Part shown: in pieces, positions 1 through 11,308 of the stretch
How positions within the stretch are numbered: the first letter of the stretch is position 1
Layout of the letters: each line of letters starts with the position of its first letter
From: Neoconidiobolus thromboides FSU 785
Taxonomy: Eukaryota > Fungi > Entomophthoromycota
Direction of reading: 5' to 3'
Assembly: GCA_025603075.1 (NCBI GenBank)
Contig: MU626369.1
Coordinates: 9,360 to 73,359, forward strand
Length of the DNA stretch: 64,000 nucleotides
Program-made: the position numbers and the translations under genes
Notes under the pieces: model-generated
The model's input: only the letters and a program-made list of their open reading frames with translations
Databases searched by the model: none
Told to the model about the DNA's origin: nothing

Positions 1-479
1 TAATGTGCCTTTAGCTAACGCTATATTCACTTGAAAATCATCAACTTCATACCCTTCATTTTTGATTTTTTTGTATATTATTCCACTTAATTCTTGAATC
101 TTCGATTGCTTTAATAAACCAGTACATCCAATACAACTTTGAGTATCGAATTCAATTTCATTATTAATAATCTTTAATAATTCTTCTTCTAATAACTGAA
201 TTAATTAATTAATTAATAATCAAATTTAATAAAAAACAATTAATAAAATGATATTTTTTAAATAACTTACTTTTTCTTCTATATTATTATCTACATTGAT
301 TAGAAACAACCTGCAACAACAATAACTACAATAACCATTAGAAATCAATCGTTTTAAATAAAAAGTAGTATCTTCATTAAGTTTTCTTTCTTCTTTGAAC
401 TCATTTAATTGGGATAAAACTAAATTTAAAATAAGTTAATTTTGTAGTTTCAAAGGCTTTAATATTACTTACTTGACAT
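1..479 (-). CDS. PUS10: tRNA pseudouridine synthase Pus10-like, 5' part (runs off the window start; 2 introns visible)
   Basis: Manual splicing (ATG at 479, two GTAAGT...AG introns) gives MSILSQLNEF...GYCSYCCCRLFL...SCIGCTGLLKQ...KNEGYEVDDFQVNIAL. This matches the Pus10 N-terminal CxxC..RF and CxxCxGxL motifs. Confidence 0.7.
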
Positions 480-1110
480 TACTTGAAATTAAAAAAGAAT
501 TTTTTAATAAATATTCAAAATAGTTTTAAAAATTCAAAAATTGAAAGAAGTTTTATTTAATTGGTTGAAATATTCTTCAAAATCAATCCCAATTTAAAAG
601 ATTTTTAAATTCAATTTAAAAACTGAGAATCTAAAAAGGGACTAATTGGATGGACTTGTGTGTATCAAACACAAATAATAGAATCAATGCTTTTTAATTT
701 TCAATTTCAATTCCAATTCTACAATAACAACTATATTATATTGTAATTACAATCTGATGAACTCATTGACTATTGAGTTTTATAGAAATTGAATTTAATT
801 ATATTAAAATAGACTAAGAATCAAGGTTCAATTTAAACCCAACTTTTATAAGATATTTGATACTTAATTGGCTAATTATAAAAAAGATGTCTCATTAAAG
901 TTTTATAACATTATTAACTTTTTTTAATTAGACTATATTTAAAATAGAAGTATAAATTAGATTTTAAAAGCTATTGAAAATTCCAATTGAGCGTTTCAAA
1001 ATCAAGTAAGCACATAAAGTGTTAAATTATAAAATAATCTATTAATAATGGATAATCTTTTTATTTTACTCAAGTTTAAAGTGAATTTTTAAACTTAAAG
1101 TATACTAGAG

Positions 1111-1239
1111 AGAAGGTTCAAGCTGCTATTCACAAAACTTGATTTATTTAGTAAAGCATAATTTCTTTTAAATAAAGTAAATACCTTTTCATATTTTACT
1201 AAATAAATCAAGCTTTGTGAATAACAACTTGAACCTTCT
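1111..1239. repeat. Long inverted repeat / foldback (45-bp arms, 39-nt spacer)
   Basis: 1111-1155 AGAAGGTTCAAGCTGCTATTCACAAAACTTGATTTATTTAGTAAA is the reverse complement of 1195-1239 with 3 transition mismatches. Confidence 0.9.
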
Positions 1240-1787
1240 TTAGTGATATAAGGAAAAAGGATGGAAAATTAAATGCTTTTTAGAATCTTTAAAAAAATTG
1301 AAGTGTTTTTTTATTGACATCATTACTAATTAGCTGCTTTTAAAATATTCAACTTCGGCTCATTTTCTTAAGAATAAGCAAAGATTTAAACACTTAGTTC
1401 TATTTTTATATAATTTTGAGATTTTTAGTTTGAAATTTAAAATCTTTTTGATCTTATTATTTTTACCATATTCATCACTTATTAACATAGAATAGAACTT
1501 ATTAAAATTATCAATGTAACTAAAATAACAGGACCATTTGTTTCTAGTAAAATCGAATAGAACATGCTTCTTTCTACATTAATAACTTATCAACAATACA
1601 TCAATAATTGTGTTAAAATATTTAAGTTTATTTTTAGGTATTCATTTATTTTTAGAATCTACTCAGAACTTCCAATCAGGTGATTGAATTATTTTTATAC
1701 TATAGAGGAATAAAATGAAAATAGAGCATTTCTTTTAATTTAAATTTTTTTGTAAATAAATAATTAGTAATAAAAGATAGCATCCTT

Positions 1788-2610
1788 ATGGAATCCAATA
1801 TGAATCCAAATAACAATGGAAATTATTCCACATCGACTACACTCAATAAACAAGATGAAAGCTTTGTATCATTAAGAGAAATATTAGAAAAATTTGGTAA
1901 TAATCCAGAGTTATTGAATACCATTTTAGTAGCTAAAGCGGAACAAGATAAGGTAAACTAAACCTTTTTATTTTTTAAATTGATTTTTTTTATATTGAAA
2001 CTAACTGTTATAAAAGTTAAAATCCGAAGAATTACGCCATCAAACTGAATTACTACGGTATGAATCCAAGCGTTTAGAATATGAGTTAAATAATCCACAA
2101 TCCCCTAATAACCAAGCGCCTTATTTATTACAAAACATGTCCGCATCGAGTAATAATTTAGCATCGTATAATCCGTACTGTTTATCACCATCCAAAAATA
2201 CCACTACGAACTATAATCCCAATATTCAATTCAATCACAATTATAATCAACAACATTCTATTGATCCCGAAGAACTATTTATAGCTAATGATTTTAAAAA
2301 TATTCAATTAAGTTCACCACCTAATCATACATCTTCTCACCGTAGTCCTTATCAACACCGTAATCCATCTAGAGAAGAAGTATTAACAGCTATACGTAAT
2401 AAAGTAAGAGCCAATTCTTTTGCTAAGGCTCAATCCAGTCATCCTATGAATCAAGATATTACTTCATCTCAAGAAAGTCTACATCACCATTATCATCATC
2501 GATCAAGTTCTATTGATTCTAAGTTAGATGTATCCTCCTCAATTAATCAATTTTTAAATACCAATCGTAAGTTTCAAACACTGGGGAACATGGAGTTAAG
2601 TAAAAAATAA
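1788..2610 (+). CDS. Hypothetical protein (~252 aa) with a short helical/coiled-coil N-terminal motif and a disordered N/S/H-rich tail; 1 intron (1953-2016)
   Basis: ATG at 1788, GTAAAC donor, CTAAC branch point and AG acceptor join exon 1 (LREILEKFGNNPELLNTILVAKAEQDK) in frame with the 2137-2610 ORF. Confidence 0.7.
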
Positions 2611-3168
2611 TACTTGTTGATAGAGGATGATTGGGTCTAATTTGATTAAGTTTAAGGTTTAATGTCTTTTTTTAATAATAGTAAAATATAAATATTTTTT
2701 GTTTATTTAATATCCTTGATCTTGGACAAGTTCATAAAGCTTATTGTGCATACTTTATTTTTAAATTTGGATGTTTTTATTTATTTATTTGTTGAGTTTA
2801 TATCACAAATTAATTTCTTTATCAAAAAGAAAATTTAATATAAAAAATGGTTTAATTGATTCAGACCTAAAATATACTAAAATACAAAAAATAATAACTA
2901 TTCTAATTTGAAAAGGAGCTATATTAGCTAAAAATTAGTATTATTATATAAATATTAGATAAAATAGGTCAATTCAACATCTCTCCAATAAATATTGAAG
3001 ATCATAATTCAACTTAATATAAAACTTAAAATACTCTATTTACAAAAGCTCTTGTACCTTTCGTTTATTAATTGATAATTAAATGGTACAAAAACGCCTT
3101 CAATCTCTATAGCTTGATACATTCATCTACTTAATCAACTTATTTTATAAATAAAATTTTATAATAAA

Positions 3169-4100
3169 GAAGCATTGAAACTTGAAAGATTAACAGCTAA
3201 TGCAACTCGATTTTATCCCTTGCAAGTTATATAGAAAACAGACTATTTCTATTGAAAATAAGCCATCAAAGTAGCTTCAGTTATGTTAACAGAATTTTGA
3301 TTTATTATTAGTCCGTCCATGTCCAAGTCCATACTTATCCCACAGATAAAATGAATCTTTCATAAGCCTAATGATATGTCAGTCACCAAAACTAACTTAA
3401 GTTAGCTTACCTTGACCTAAATATTCACCCAAGTTGATTTCAACAGATAGATATTTTTCGCCCTCTTAGTCTCCATTTTCAGCTTTTACCTTACTACTTC
3501 ATAACCCTTGGTTTTCTAAAAATTTAGCCAAGTTTTCTGATTGAGCTAAAATATGATTTGCTTTGGAATAAGCTACTTGACTTAGTACTTTACCATCTAA
3601 ACTACTATGCTAAGTCAAACCCGATTTATTTATAGATCCACTTATGAATTCATCTCCTAACTCTCCAAATTGAAAATTTGACCAATAAATAATTCAACTT
3701 TAGTTTGTTAATGCTAAACTAAATTTATCATCCACTGTTATCTTATTAAACTTTTCGTTCTTATCTAATATATGTAAAACTTAAAGTAGCATTCGCTTTG
3801 AAGGTTACGTTTACTGTTTTAGTAATCTACTTTATGATTTCTAGTTAATAATAAAATGGAATAAAAACCAGCGACTAGTTAAATCATTGGGTGTTTGTCA
3901 TTTATCCTGTCAAGGGATCAAGACCCTAATATGCACAAGAAAACAGACTCTATTCATATTGGATTTTCCTGTATATTCTGTCATAAAAACTGAAGAATTT
4001 GACACTACTTTTGCTTGTGAAGGTAACAGATTACAGCAGTAAAAATTACTTTTTGCAATGTTCCTATTTCTCAGAAAAAAATTAATCTTGACTAAAAATT
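3169..4100 (-). pseudogene. Decayed paralog of the F-box/RCC1 gene at 37874-39373
   Basis: The reverse complement aligns by eye with about 38400-39250 (e.g. GTTAGTTTTGGTGACTG, GATAAATTTAGTTTAGCA, TTAGATGGTAAAGTA). It has in-frame stops (TGG>TGA/TAA, CAA>TAA). Homology is clear for 3169-3900 and weaker above that. Confidence 0.85.
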
Positions 4101-4241
4101 ACCAATAAAACTAGTTTTATATCACAAAAAATTGATTTAAATAAAAATTGGTTTGTTATTAAAAAGCTTAAGAATCAAAGTCACCACTGTTTTAACTAAA
4201 GCTATTATTATTTTTAAGGTTGAATTTTTATGACAGGATAT

Positions 4242-4338
4242 GTGAATGTATTTTTTTGTTTAAGAATTTTACTAACAATTATTCTACTTAAATAGTGCTT
4301 AAAAAGTGGAAAGCGATGAAATTAAAAAAAATACTCTC
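4242..4338 (+). mobile_element. MITE family 1, copy 1
   Basis: Matches the ~98-bp consensus; AT on both flanks. Confidence 0.85.
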
Positions 4339-4412
4339 ATATATACAAAACCTAATAGCTTAAAACCCAAATAGTTACCATAGCGAAAATTCCTTTATTT
4401 CTTACTACATAT

Positions 4413-4511
4413 GGGGATGTATCTTTTGTTTAAGAATTTTACCAACAATCTTTCCACTCAAATAGCGCTTAAAAAATGGAAAAAGTTATGAAACCAAAAA
4501 AAACATCCCCC
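4413..4511 (+). mobile_element. MITE family 1, copy 2 (near consensus)
   Basis: AT|GGGGATGTAT...AAAAAAACATCCCCC|AT. Confidence 0.9.
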
Positions 4512-4729
4512 ATATGATAATAGATTTAGCTAATTAAATATATGTGTTTTTAATTGAAGATCGTAACTTGATATATTTTGTATTGTTGCTGTAAGCCCTG
4601 CAATATGCAGTATATTCAAGCAGAAAAAATAGTTATTTGTATTTAGCTATAATTAAAGTGGTAGTTTTATTTTACTTTAACTTTTATTTCCAAAAATATA
4701 TCTTTTTGCACATCCATTACTTGATTTTC

Positions 4730-5130
4730 ATATATACTACTTATGACATCTATACACACCTCTTACAAAAAAGTTTGAGCCAAGGAACTTGGTATTTTTA
4801 TTTTGAAAACAGTTAGTTAATGGGTTAAAAGTTGATAGATCAAGTAAAAGTCTTGAAATTAATAATTTTAAGAAGTAAATTGGTTTATATTAACGTTAAA
4901 GCATATCGCTTTTCCAGACTTAGTTGCTTGATTCTTTGTTGTTTGGCAGTATATCTACTCCCTACTTATATATCTTTTTTGAATTTTACCATTAAAGATA
5001 TCTTAAAAATCTTTTTTTACTATGGCCCAATACTACCATATCAAGTCTTTTACATATAATATTTAGACCTTTTGACTGATTTATTATTTTGATCTAAAGT
5101 AGCCCATCAAAGTGGCTATTCATAGCATCA
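4730..5130 (-). mobile_element. Possible decayed non-LTR retrotransposon RT fragment
   Basis: Broken frames give NNKS...YWAIVKKDF*DIFN and, further on, YKPIYFL / NY...YQLLT, which resembles LINE RT KSPG..FW.IV..DL..FN...NYRPISL. There are many stops and frameshifts. Confidence 0.3.
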
Positions 5131-6124
5131 GGATTAGAATTGTATACTTTACTTTTATTGTTAGCTTATTAAATCTTGTACAAATACTTAAATTTAGAAA
5201 ATTTATTCAAAACTGTTTCTATTGTCTTTTTCGAAACATTACATTCTTTTTATATTTTTAGGACTATAAATTGGAATACTAATATGCCTTCTATCTCTAT
5301 ATCCCTTCTGGTCTAGCTACTTTCTATACTATTTTACAATTTATAGAGTGCTAGAGATAGTTTAAATTGAGATATTCAGTTAATGTTTAAGCTATATTAT
5401 GGTGGAAAATTAAGTTTACTTTCAATTGCATAAAAATAAATCAATAATTATAAATTTGTTTTATTTATATAAAAATATTCACTTTTATACAAATAGTGCG
5501 CTAATCTTTATAATGAAATTTTTTTAAAAAAATTATTTTATTTTATTTCTACTTATCATTTTTTGAATAGTTAGAATTTATACATTATCTGATCGAGGCA
5601 GCATGATAGGAATTACTAAAGTGGGTAATGTGGGAAAAGTTATTAGTGACATTGTCCTTCTTTAGTTATGAATAAGTTTTGTTTATCAACTTTTATTATT
5701 ATTAATATATTAAGACACTTTGCCTTCTACTTAAAATCAACGTTCAATTAATTTATATATCAAGTCTCTTATTACTACAACAAAATACTTTTATTTTAAT
5801 TTTATTTTCTATTTTTTAATAATTTGACCATTTGAAATATTAAAACCTGACTAAGATTGTTGAGCATCTGTGATAATTTATACTATTGTTTCAAATTATC
5901 TTTCGTAATTAAACTATCATATTAGCAGTGATTTATTCTTATTTATTTGTATTATTTTATAATTTTAATAAAGTGAATTTTAAATATTATAGAGAAATTC
6001 CAAATAGACATTGTATAAAAGATTTACTAATAATAACCACAACTTTTAAATATTCAAATGAATTTTATTTATAAATGGTTGTAAGTAAACAACAAAATCA
6101 TTCATCTAAAATTATTTAACTACC

Positions 6125-7366
6125 TTAAAGCGGTTTGGCTATCACAGTTTCCAAAAAATAGATAACAGCTGGCGTAAGTTCTTTACCAATTGGAATAATT
6201 CTTTCAGGTGGAAGAACAAACCCATTTGGCGTGTTGGAATCGGCAGCTGGTGATAATTCAATAGTGTATCCATAAGTTTTCTGGTCGTTACCAGCATAGA
6301 ACCAGTCAGATGCGGTACCAGAGCATGCATATAAATCAATAGACCTTTCATTAATGTAAGAAGTACCTGCAACATCAGCAATTTTTTGCTTAATGCCTTC
6401 TCCTAAGACCTTATGTTGTTCTTCATGAGGAGCAAGAGTTTGAGTGTCTCCATAAGGACGAAGAATAAGTTGAGAATAAGAGTGGAAGTCAATAGCTCCT
6501 AAGAAAGGACCTTGAGACTTAAAATAGTTAACGATGGCTTGAGTTTCAGGTTCAGAAGCAGCAAAAGGACCACGGTAAGTATTTGAAAATGGAACAGTGG
6601 AAGCACCTGGACCACCCCATCCATATGGAAAGTTTCGATTAATATCAACACCTATACTACCGCTTACTGAACGGCGGTTTTTACGCCATAAACGGTCACC
6701 CTTCCAAGTGTAGGCATAGCCATCTGGATTAACGACTGGTACAGCAATAATTTCAATTTGATCTAATAAAGATTTAATGGCTGGGTCGCTTTGACGGTTA
6801 GTGATTAAATGATCCAAAACATATTGTAAAGTAGATCCACTGATCCATTCACGAGCATGGATTAAAGATTCAAAGTACACCTTTTTCTTTGGAGTCCTTG
6901 TCGGATTGGTAATATGAATAGCAAATAGATCACGGCCTTGATCAGATTTACCAATAGATGGGACGAATTTAACTGCATCTGAGTTAGATGAAGCTAAAGA
7001 AGAGTACCAAGATTTAATGTCCTCGTACTTATGGTAGTTAGAGAACCAATCGTCATTAGCAGCTTTTGATTCAATTTGTGAAAATGAATCGTAAATTTGA
7101 CTTTGTAAATCTTCAATTAAAACCTTGTATTCTAAAGAGCCACCGCTGACTCTATTTAAGGAAGCTAGTTGAGAAGGAGTAACACGAGCACTAATAAGAT
7201 CTACGCTTTGGCTCCAAACATCAATTTGATCAAGGATTGGATTGATCTTATCATTGGTTTTGAATTGAATAACTTTTTGTCCGGTATAAGTTGCTATAGT
7301 GGATGGACTAGCGAATATTGAAGAAATAGCAGCTAAAGTACCAAAAGCAATAGAAGTGAATTTCAT
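6125..7366 (-). CDS. Secreted zinc carboxypeptidase A/B (M14A), intronless
   Basis: Signal peptide and propeptide; HAREW, RKNRR, DINRNF, DFHSYSQ, GYTIELSP motifs. Confidence 0.95.
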   Translation of the reverse strand: MKFTSIAFGTLAAISSIFASPSTIATYTGQKVIQFKTNDKINPILDQIDVWSQSVDLISARVTPSQLASLNRVSGGSLEYKVLIEDLQSQIYDSFSQIESKAANDDWFSNYHKYEDIKSWYSSLASSNSDAVKFVPSIGKSDQGRDLFAIHITNPTRTPKKKVYFESLIHAREWISGSTLQYVLDHLITNRQSDPAIKSLLDQIEIIAVPVVNPDGYAYTWKGDRLWRKNRRSVSGSIGVDINRNFPYGWGGPGASTVPFSNTYRGPFAASEPETQAIVNYFKSQGPFLGAIDFHSYSQLILRPYGDTQTLAPHEEQHKVLGEGIKQKIADVAGTSYINERSIDLYACSGTASDWFYAGNDQKTYGYTIELSPAADSNTPNGFVLPPERIIPIGKELTPAVIYFLETVIAKPL

Positions 7367-7378
7367 TTTTAAAATTTT

Positions 7379-7452
7379 TTAATAATATTATTAAAAAATA
7401 TTCAAATTAATAAAGGTTTTTTAATTTGAATATTTTTTAATAATATTATTAA
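7379..7452. repeat. Perfect 32-bp inverted repeat with a 10-nt spacer, between the TATA-like box and the ATG of the carboxypeptidase
   Basis: TTAATAATATTATTAAAAAATATTCAAATTAA (7379-7410) and its exact reverse complement (7421-7452). Confidence 0.9.
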
Positions 7453-8035
7453 GCGCTCTTATATTCTTTATATAACTCTCTAATATTTGGTATATTTGGT
7501 TATAATTTTAAATTATATGACCAACTTATAACATGTAGTATACTTTAAACTAAAATAAAAAATATGATTATTTTAAGTAGACTAAATTAGATATAATTAG
7601 CAAATATGTAGTTGGGAATTCTTAATTGGGGTTGTTTTTATTTTATGGTCTTTTTCTTCATCACACGATAGTCTTTTGATTTAATTCATCTATACAATAA
7701 GTGGGTTGTGAGATACGTACTCTTTTTTTTCATCATAAAACAAATCATTATTGATTAAAGTTTCCTTATTTTAAATTTTATTTGGGTATTAGTGCAACTT
7801 GAAGTAATAGCTCTAAACACCAAAACATATATTAATACTGCTTACACTTTTCTCAATTTTAATGTGAATTACTATAAAAAAGTGACTAATTGACCCATCC
7901 TCTTTTACTTAAAATTCACTGATACAATGTATTGATTATGGGCACAAAGTAAACTGCACTGGTCAAATCATTAACATTAATAAATGTAATGATGACGAGT
8001 CACCCAATCTCATTGCTATTTAATTAAATATAAAT

Positions 8036-8257
8036 GGGTAAGTTTAAAAGCTCGATTAAAGAATAAAATTTCTTTCCACTTTTTTTGTCCATCTTCTATA
8101 TAGCGTAAATAGATAATGAACAAAAAAACATTCCCATGTAAAGTAATTTTAAAATTGAACAAAAAAGCAAATATTTCCGTAGTACTTAATGCTTAATTCG
8201 TAACCTTTACTAAAAATCTAAATTAGACAAAAATTGAACCAGGCTTTTAACTAACTC
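8036..8257 (+). mobile_element. MITE family 2, copy A
   Basis: Ends GGGTAAGTTTAAAAGCT / GGCTTTTAACTAACTC; aligns end to end with 52491-52732 (reverse) and 15967-16292. Confidence 0.75.
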
Positions 8258-9839
8258 AATATAAAAATATATTTAAATATGTTGTTTAACCCAATTCAGT
8301 GAGCTAAAAAACAAGCACCTTTGAATAAAGTTAAATAAAATCACAGAAATATCATCCTTTGGAAACATTTAAAAGTATAAAAAGATAGTTAAATATTAGC
8401 CATATTTAATAGTATAAAAATTATAATATATTTTTAAAAATTTCAGCTTATAACTCATTTAATTTAAGCTGTTTTCTCCTATTTTGATTAATTTTACAAA
8501 AATTTTGTTATATACCAATCATATTGTTAAGGCTTTGTCGTTATAACCACAATTTTTTATTAATGTGAAATGCTTACTTTATTTTTTTTAATATAATATT
8601 TACATCAATTTATATTTAAATTGATGTATTTAATTATTTTACTCAAGACGAATTTTTAACCCAATTTAGGCTAATAGATCAATAGCATATACAGTTTTAA
8701 AGTTAAAATTTTTATAAATTTAGTTCCAATGTATTATATGAAGGTGTCTAAATTGGTTTCATTTTTTCATCCAATTTTTAAATATCTTGTATTCTAAAAT
8801 TTTGCTTAAAATTCTATAAAAATAAGTTCTTTATTAATAGCAAAAGTACCTGACATAGTTTTAAACATTCTATTATAATTTATATCGTAACTTAGCAAAA
8901 TTTCTATTAAATTTAATAGAACTTTCCAGATTAGTAAATCTTTTATTAATATAACCTATATATTGATATTAATCAAAATCGTAATATATAAACAAATCCA
9001 TATTTTTATAAAACTCCATTAAGAAATATTTACTATTGACTGCTTTATAGCCAACATTACAAATTCGCTATTAAATAAATAAATAAATTACTTTAATGCT
9101 ATAATTATATTATTAATATATTACTAAGTTGATAAACAGCTACATGGGAGGGAGTGGTTAGTCTTAAAATTACAATCAACTAACTATCTTTATATAATAC
9201 AAGCAATATGATAATAATTTGAGTAATATTAACATTTAACAATCAATTTTTATGAGTTAATAAATCGCTTAGTAAATATTAGAATTTTTAAATTTTATCT
9301 ATTTTTATAAGATAAGCTGGACTGATCTTTTAATTTTTTTATTTCTATGAATTTCATAACTTTGGTTAGAATTATATCACTTTTTTTGATTTATCAAATA
9401 CTGAATAACAGCGTAGTTTATTGTTATGCTTAATAAAATATAGATACTTTTTGATATTAAAAAGTTTTTATATTTTTTTTATATTTTTTAAAAATTGTGT
9501 TTATTTCCTTATTATTAGCAGTTAAGCTATTAGCTTTGTTATATCTACAAACAAAACTATCAGATTTTAAAACTAGTTAACTAATATCTTCTATTTTGCT
9601 TAATGCTTTAAAATATCACCATGTTAGCTCTATGATTGACTATAGCATAATAATCATTCAAGCCGTTGTGCTCTCGAGTTCAGGCACAATCAACCCCAAG
9701 CTTCTATTTTGTTTTTCTATGAGAATCTTTGTCATGTAATTCCGAAGAACATTATCTTTCCGTTCTGATATCCATATTTGCTGAAGTATAAAAGAGATTT
9801 TAGAATATAGTAGCCCGAGACTTTTTAACTGAATTATTC

Positions 9840-10060
9840 CCTGATATCTCGTACATTTAATAAAGTCAATAAGTTTACTTAGTAGTATTTACGTAGATTT
9901 TACATTAGTATTATCTATTCTATTAGTCTTACATAGTATATAGCCTATTACGCGCTATTCTTCATAATTCAAGTCTATCTTAGTCACATAAACTAAGACC
10001 TTTCGACTTACAGTATAGTCTACCAGGCAATAGCTGCTTTTAGCTCCAATCACTGAGTAT
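9840..10060 (-). mobile_element. Possible decayed LINE ORF2 C-terminal (zf-RVT-like) fragment
   Basis: One frame reads KSKGLSL..DRLEL*RIARNRLYT...CKIY...TY*LY*MYEIS. It resembles W..K....K.FLWR..RNRL.T...CxxC...H...C if the stops and Tyr codons derive from C>T/G>A changes. Confidence 0.3.
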
Positions 10061-10141
10061 CAGATTTCACATCTTTTTATATTTTTAATAATAGATTATA
10101 ACATTAATATTTTATCCTTAATTATTTTTGAACAATTTTAT

Positions 10142-10240
10142 GAGGATGTTTTTTTGATCTTATCATTTTTTCCATTTTTCAAAGTGTTATTTAAGTAGAA
10201 TAATCGTTAATAAAATCTTTAAACAAAAAAATACATCCCC
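10142..10240 (-). mobile_element. MITE family 1, copy 3
   Basis: Reverse-orientation match; AT on both flanks. Confidence 0.85.
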
Positions 10241-10673
10241 ATATTGATTTATTTGTATATTAAATCTAGAACTTTTACATTTATCAAAAGAATATACTAA
10301 AGCTATAGCTGATAATAACGCTACTTGTTGGTTTTTATTTTCGTTTCCTTCAAAATATTAATTTTACACATTGATCAATTAAGTTTGTTATTATTAATAG
10401 TAAACTTTGATAATATTCCTTTTCTTTTATTCTATTATAAAATCCTATAAACTTTAGGCTCTTGTAAATAGTTGCCAAAATTGATATAAATGAATTACAA
10501 TGTTCATATAATGTGCCTCTCGCTATTGCATTAAAATTTTTAAAATTCTATTTTGAAGTTTAGTTATAAAAGCTTGTATTGTTTTTATTTTAGTAAAAAA
10601 TAAAGTAATTAAAACAAGTCTTTTAAGTTAATTTTTTTATTTAACTAAGATTTTTAAATTTAAATAATCAAAT

Positions 10674-10769
10674 GAAGATATTTTTTTGATTTCATCATTT
10701 TTTCCATTTTTTAGGCACTATTTGAGTGATAAAGACTGCTTGTAAAATTCTTAAAAAAATACATCCCCC
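10674..10769 (-). mobile_element. MITE family 1, copy 4
   Basis: Reverse-orientation match; AT on both flanks. Confidence 0.85.
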
Positions 10770-11209
10770 ATTATTAAGAATTTATAAATTAACTTGAATC
10801 TTGGATTAAGTTTTAGCTAAGTTCTGAAACCAATTTGAACATCCCATATTTAGTATAAAAGTTTATTACAGTTTGTTAAAAATCTTTAATATAATTAGTC
10901 AAAACAAAATTAATAAAAGTTAAATTTTAGACTAATAATAAAAATTGAAAATATTAATTTATATAATATAAAAGTTAATCTAATAAGATTGAGATTGAAC
11001 TTGGAGATAAATGTATACATCTAAACAACACTAGCAACTTTTTATATTTTTTATATTTTTTATATTTTTTATCGCTACCCAAAGATACTTTATCTTTTGT
11101 TTCACCAAATTAAATTTCTCGTTAAATTAGATTTTATTACTATTCTGTAAATTGCTAGTAGATGTTATAATCACACATTTAGTACATCCCTAATCTAAAA
11201 TTAGTAAAT

Positions 11210-11308
11210 GGGGATGTATTTCTATGTTTAAGAATTTTACTAATAAATTTTCCGCTTAAATAGCACTTAAAAAATGGAAAAAATAATGGAGTCAAAAAAA
11301 ACACTCCC
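11210..11308 (+). mobile_element. MITE family 1, copy 5 (ACACTCCC-end variant)
   Basis: GGGGATGTATT...AAAAAAAACACTCCC. Confidence 0.85.

Noticed and set aside
4832-5059. 75-aa ORF (+)
   Set aside because: Non-ATG start, no recognisable features; it lies opposite the putative LINE remnant.
6142-6381. Short ORFs overlapping real genes (also 14421, 17999, 19620, 20613, 23203, 23219, 23550, 24312, 28362, 31377, 38092, 42825, 59653, 61192)
   Set aside because: Alternative-frame or antisense shadows of well-supported CDSs.
10822-10849. GTTCTGAAACCAATTTGAACATCCCATAT resembling a solo MITE right end (similar short motifs at 11183, 16391, 22301)
   Set aside because: Too short, with no adjoining internal homology; may be chance.
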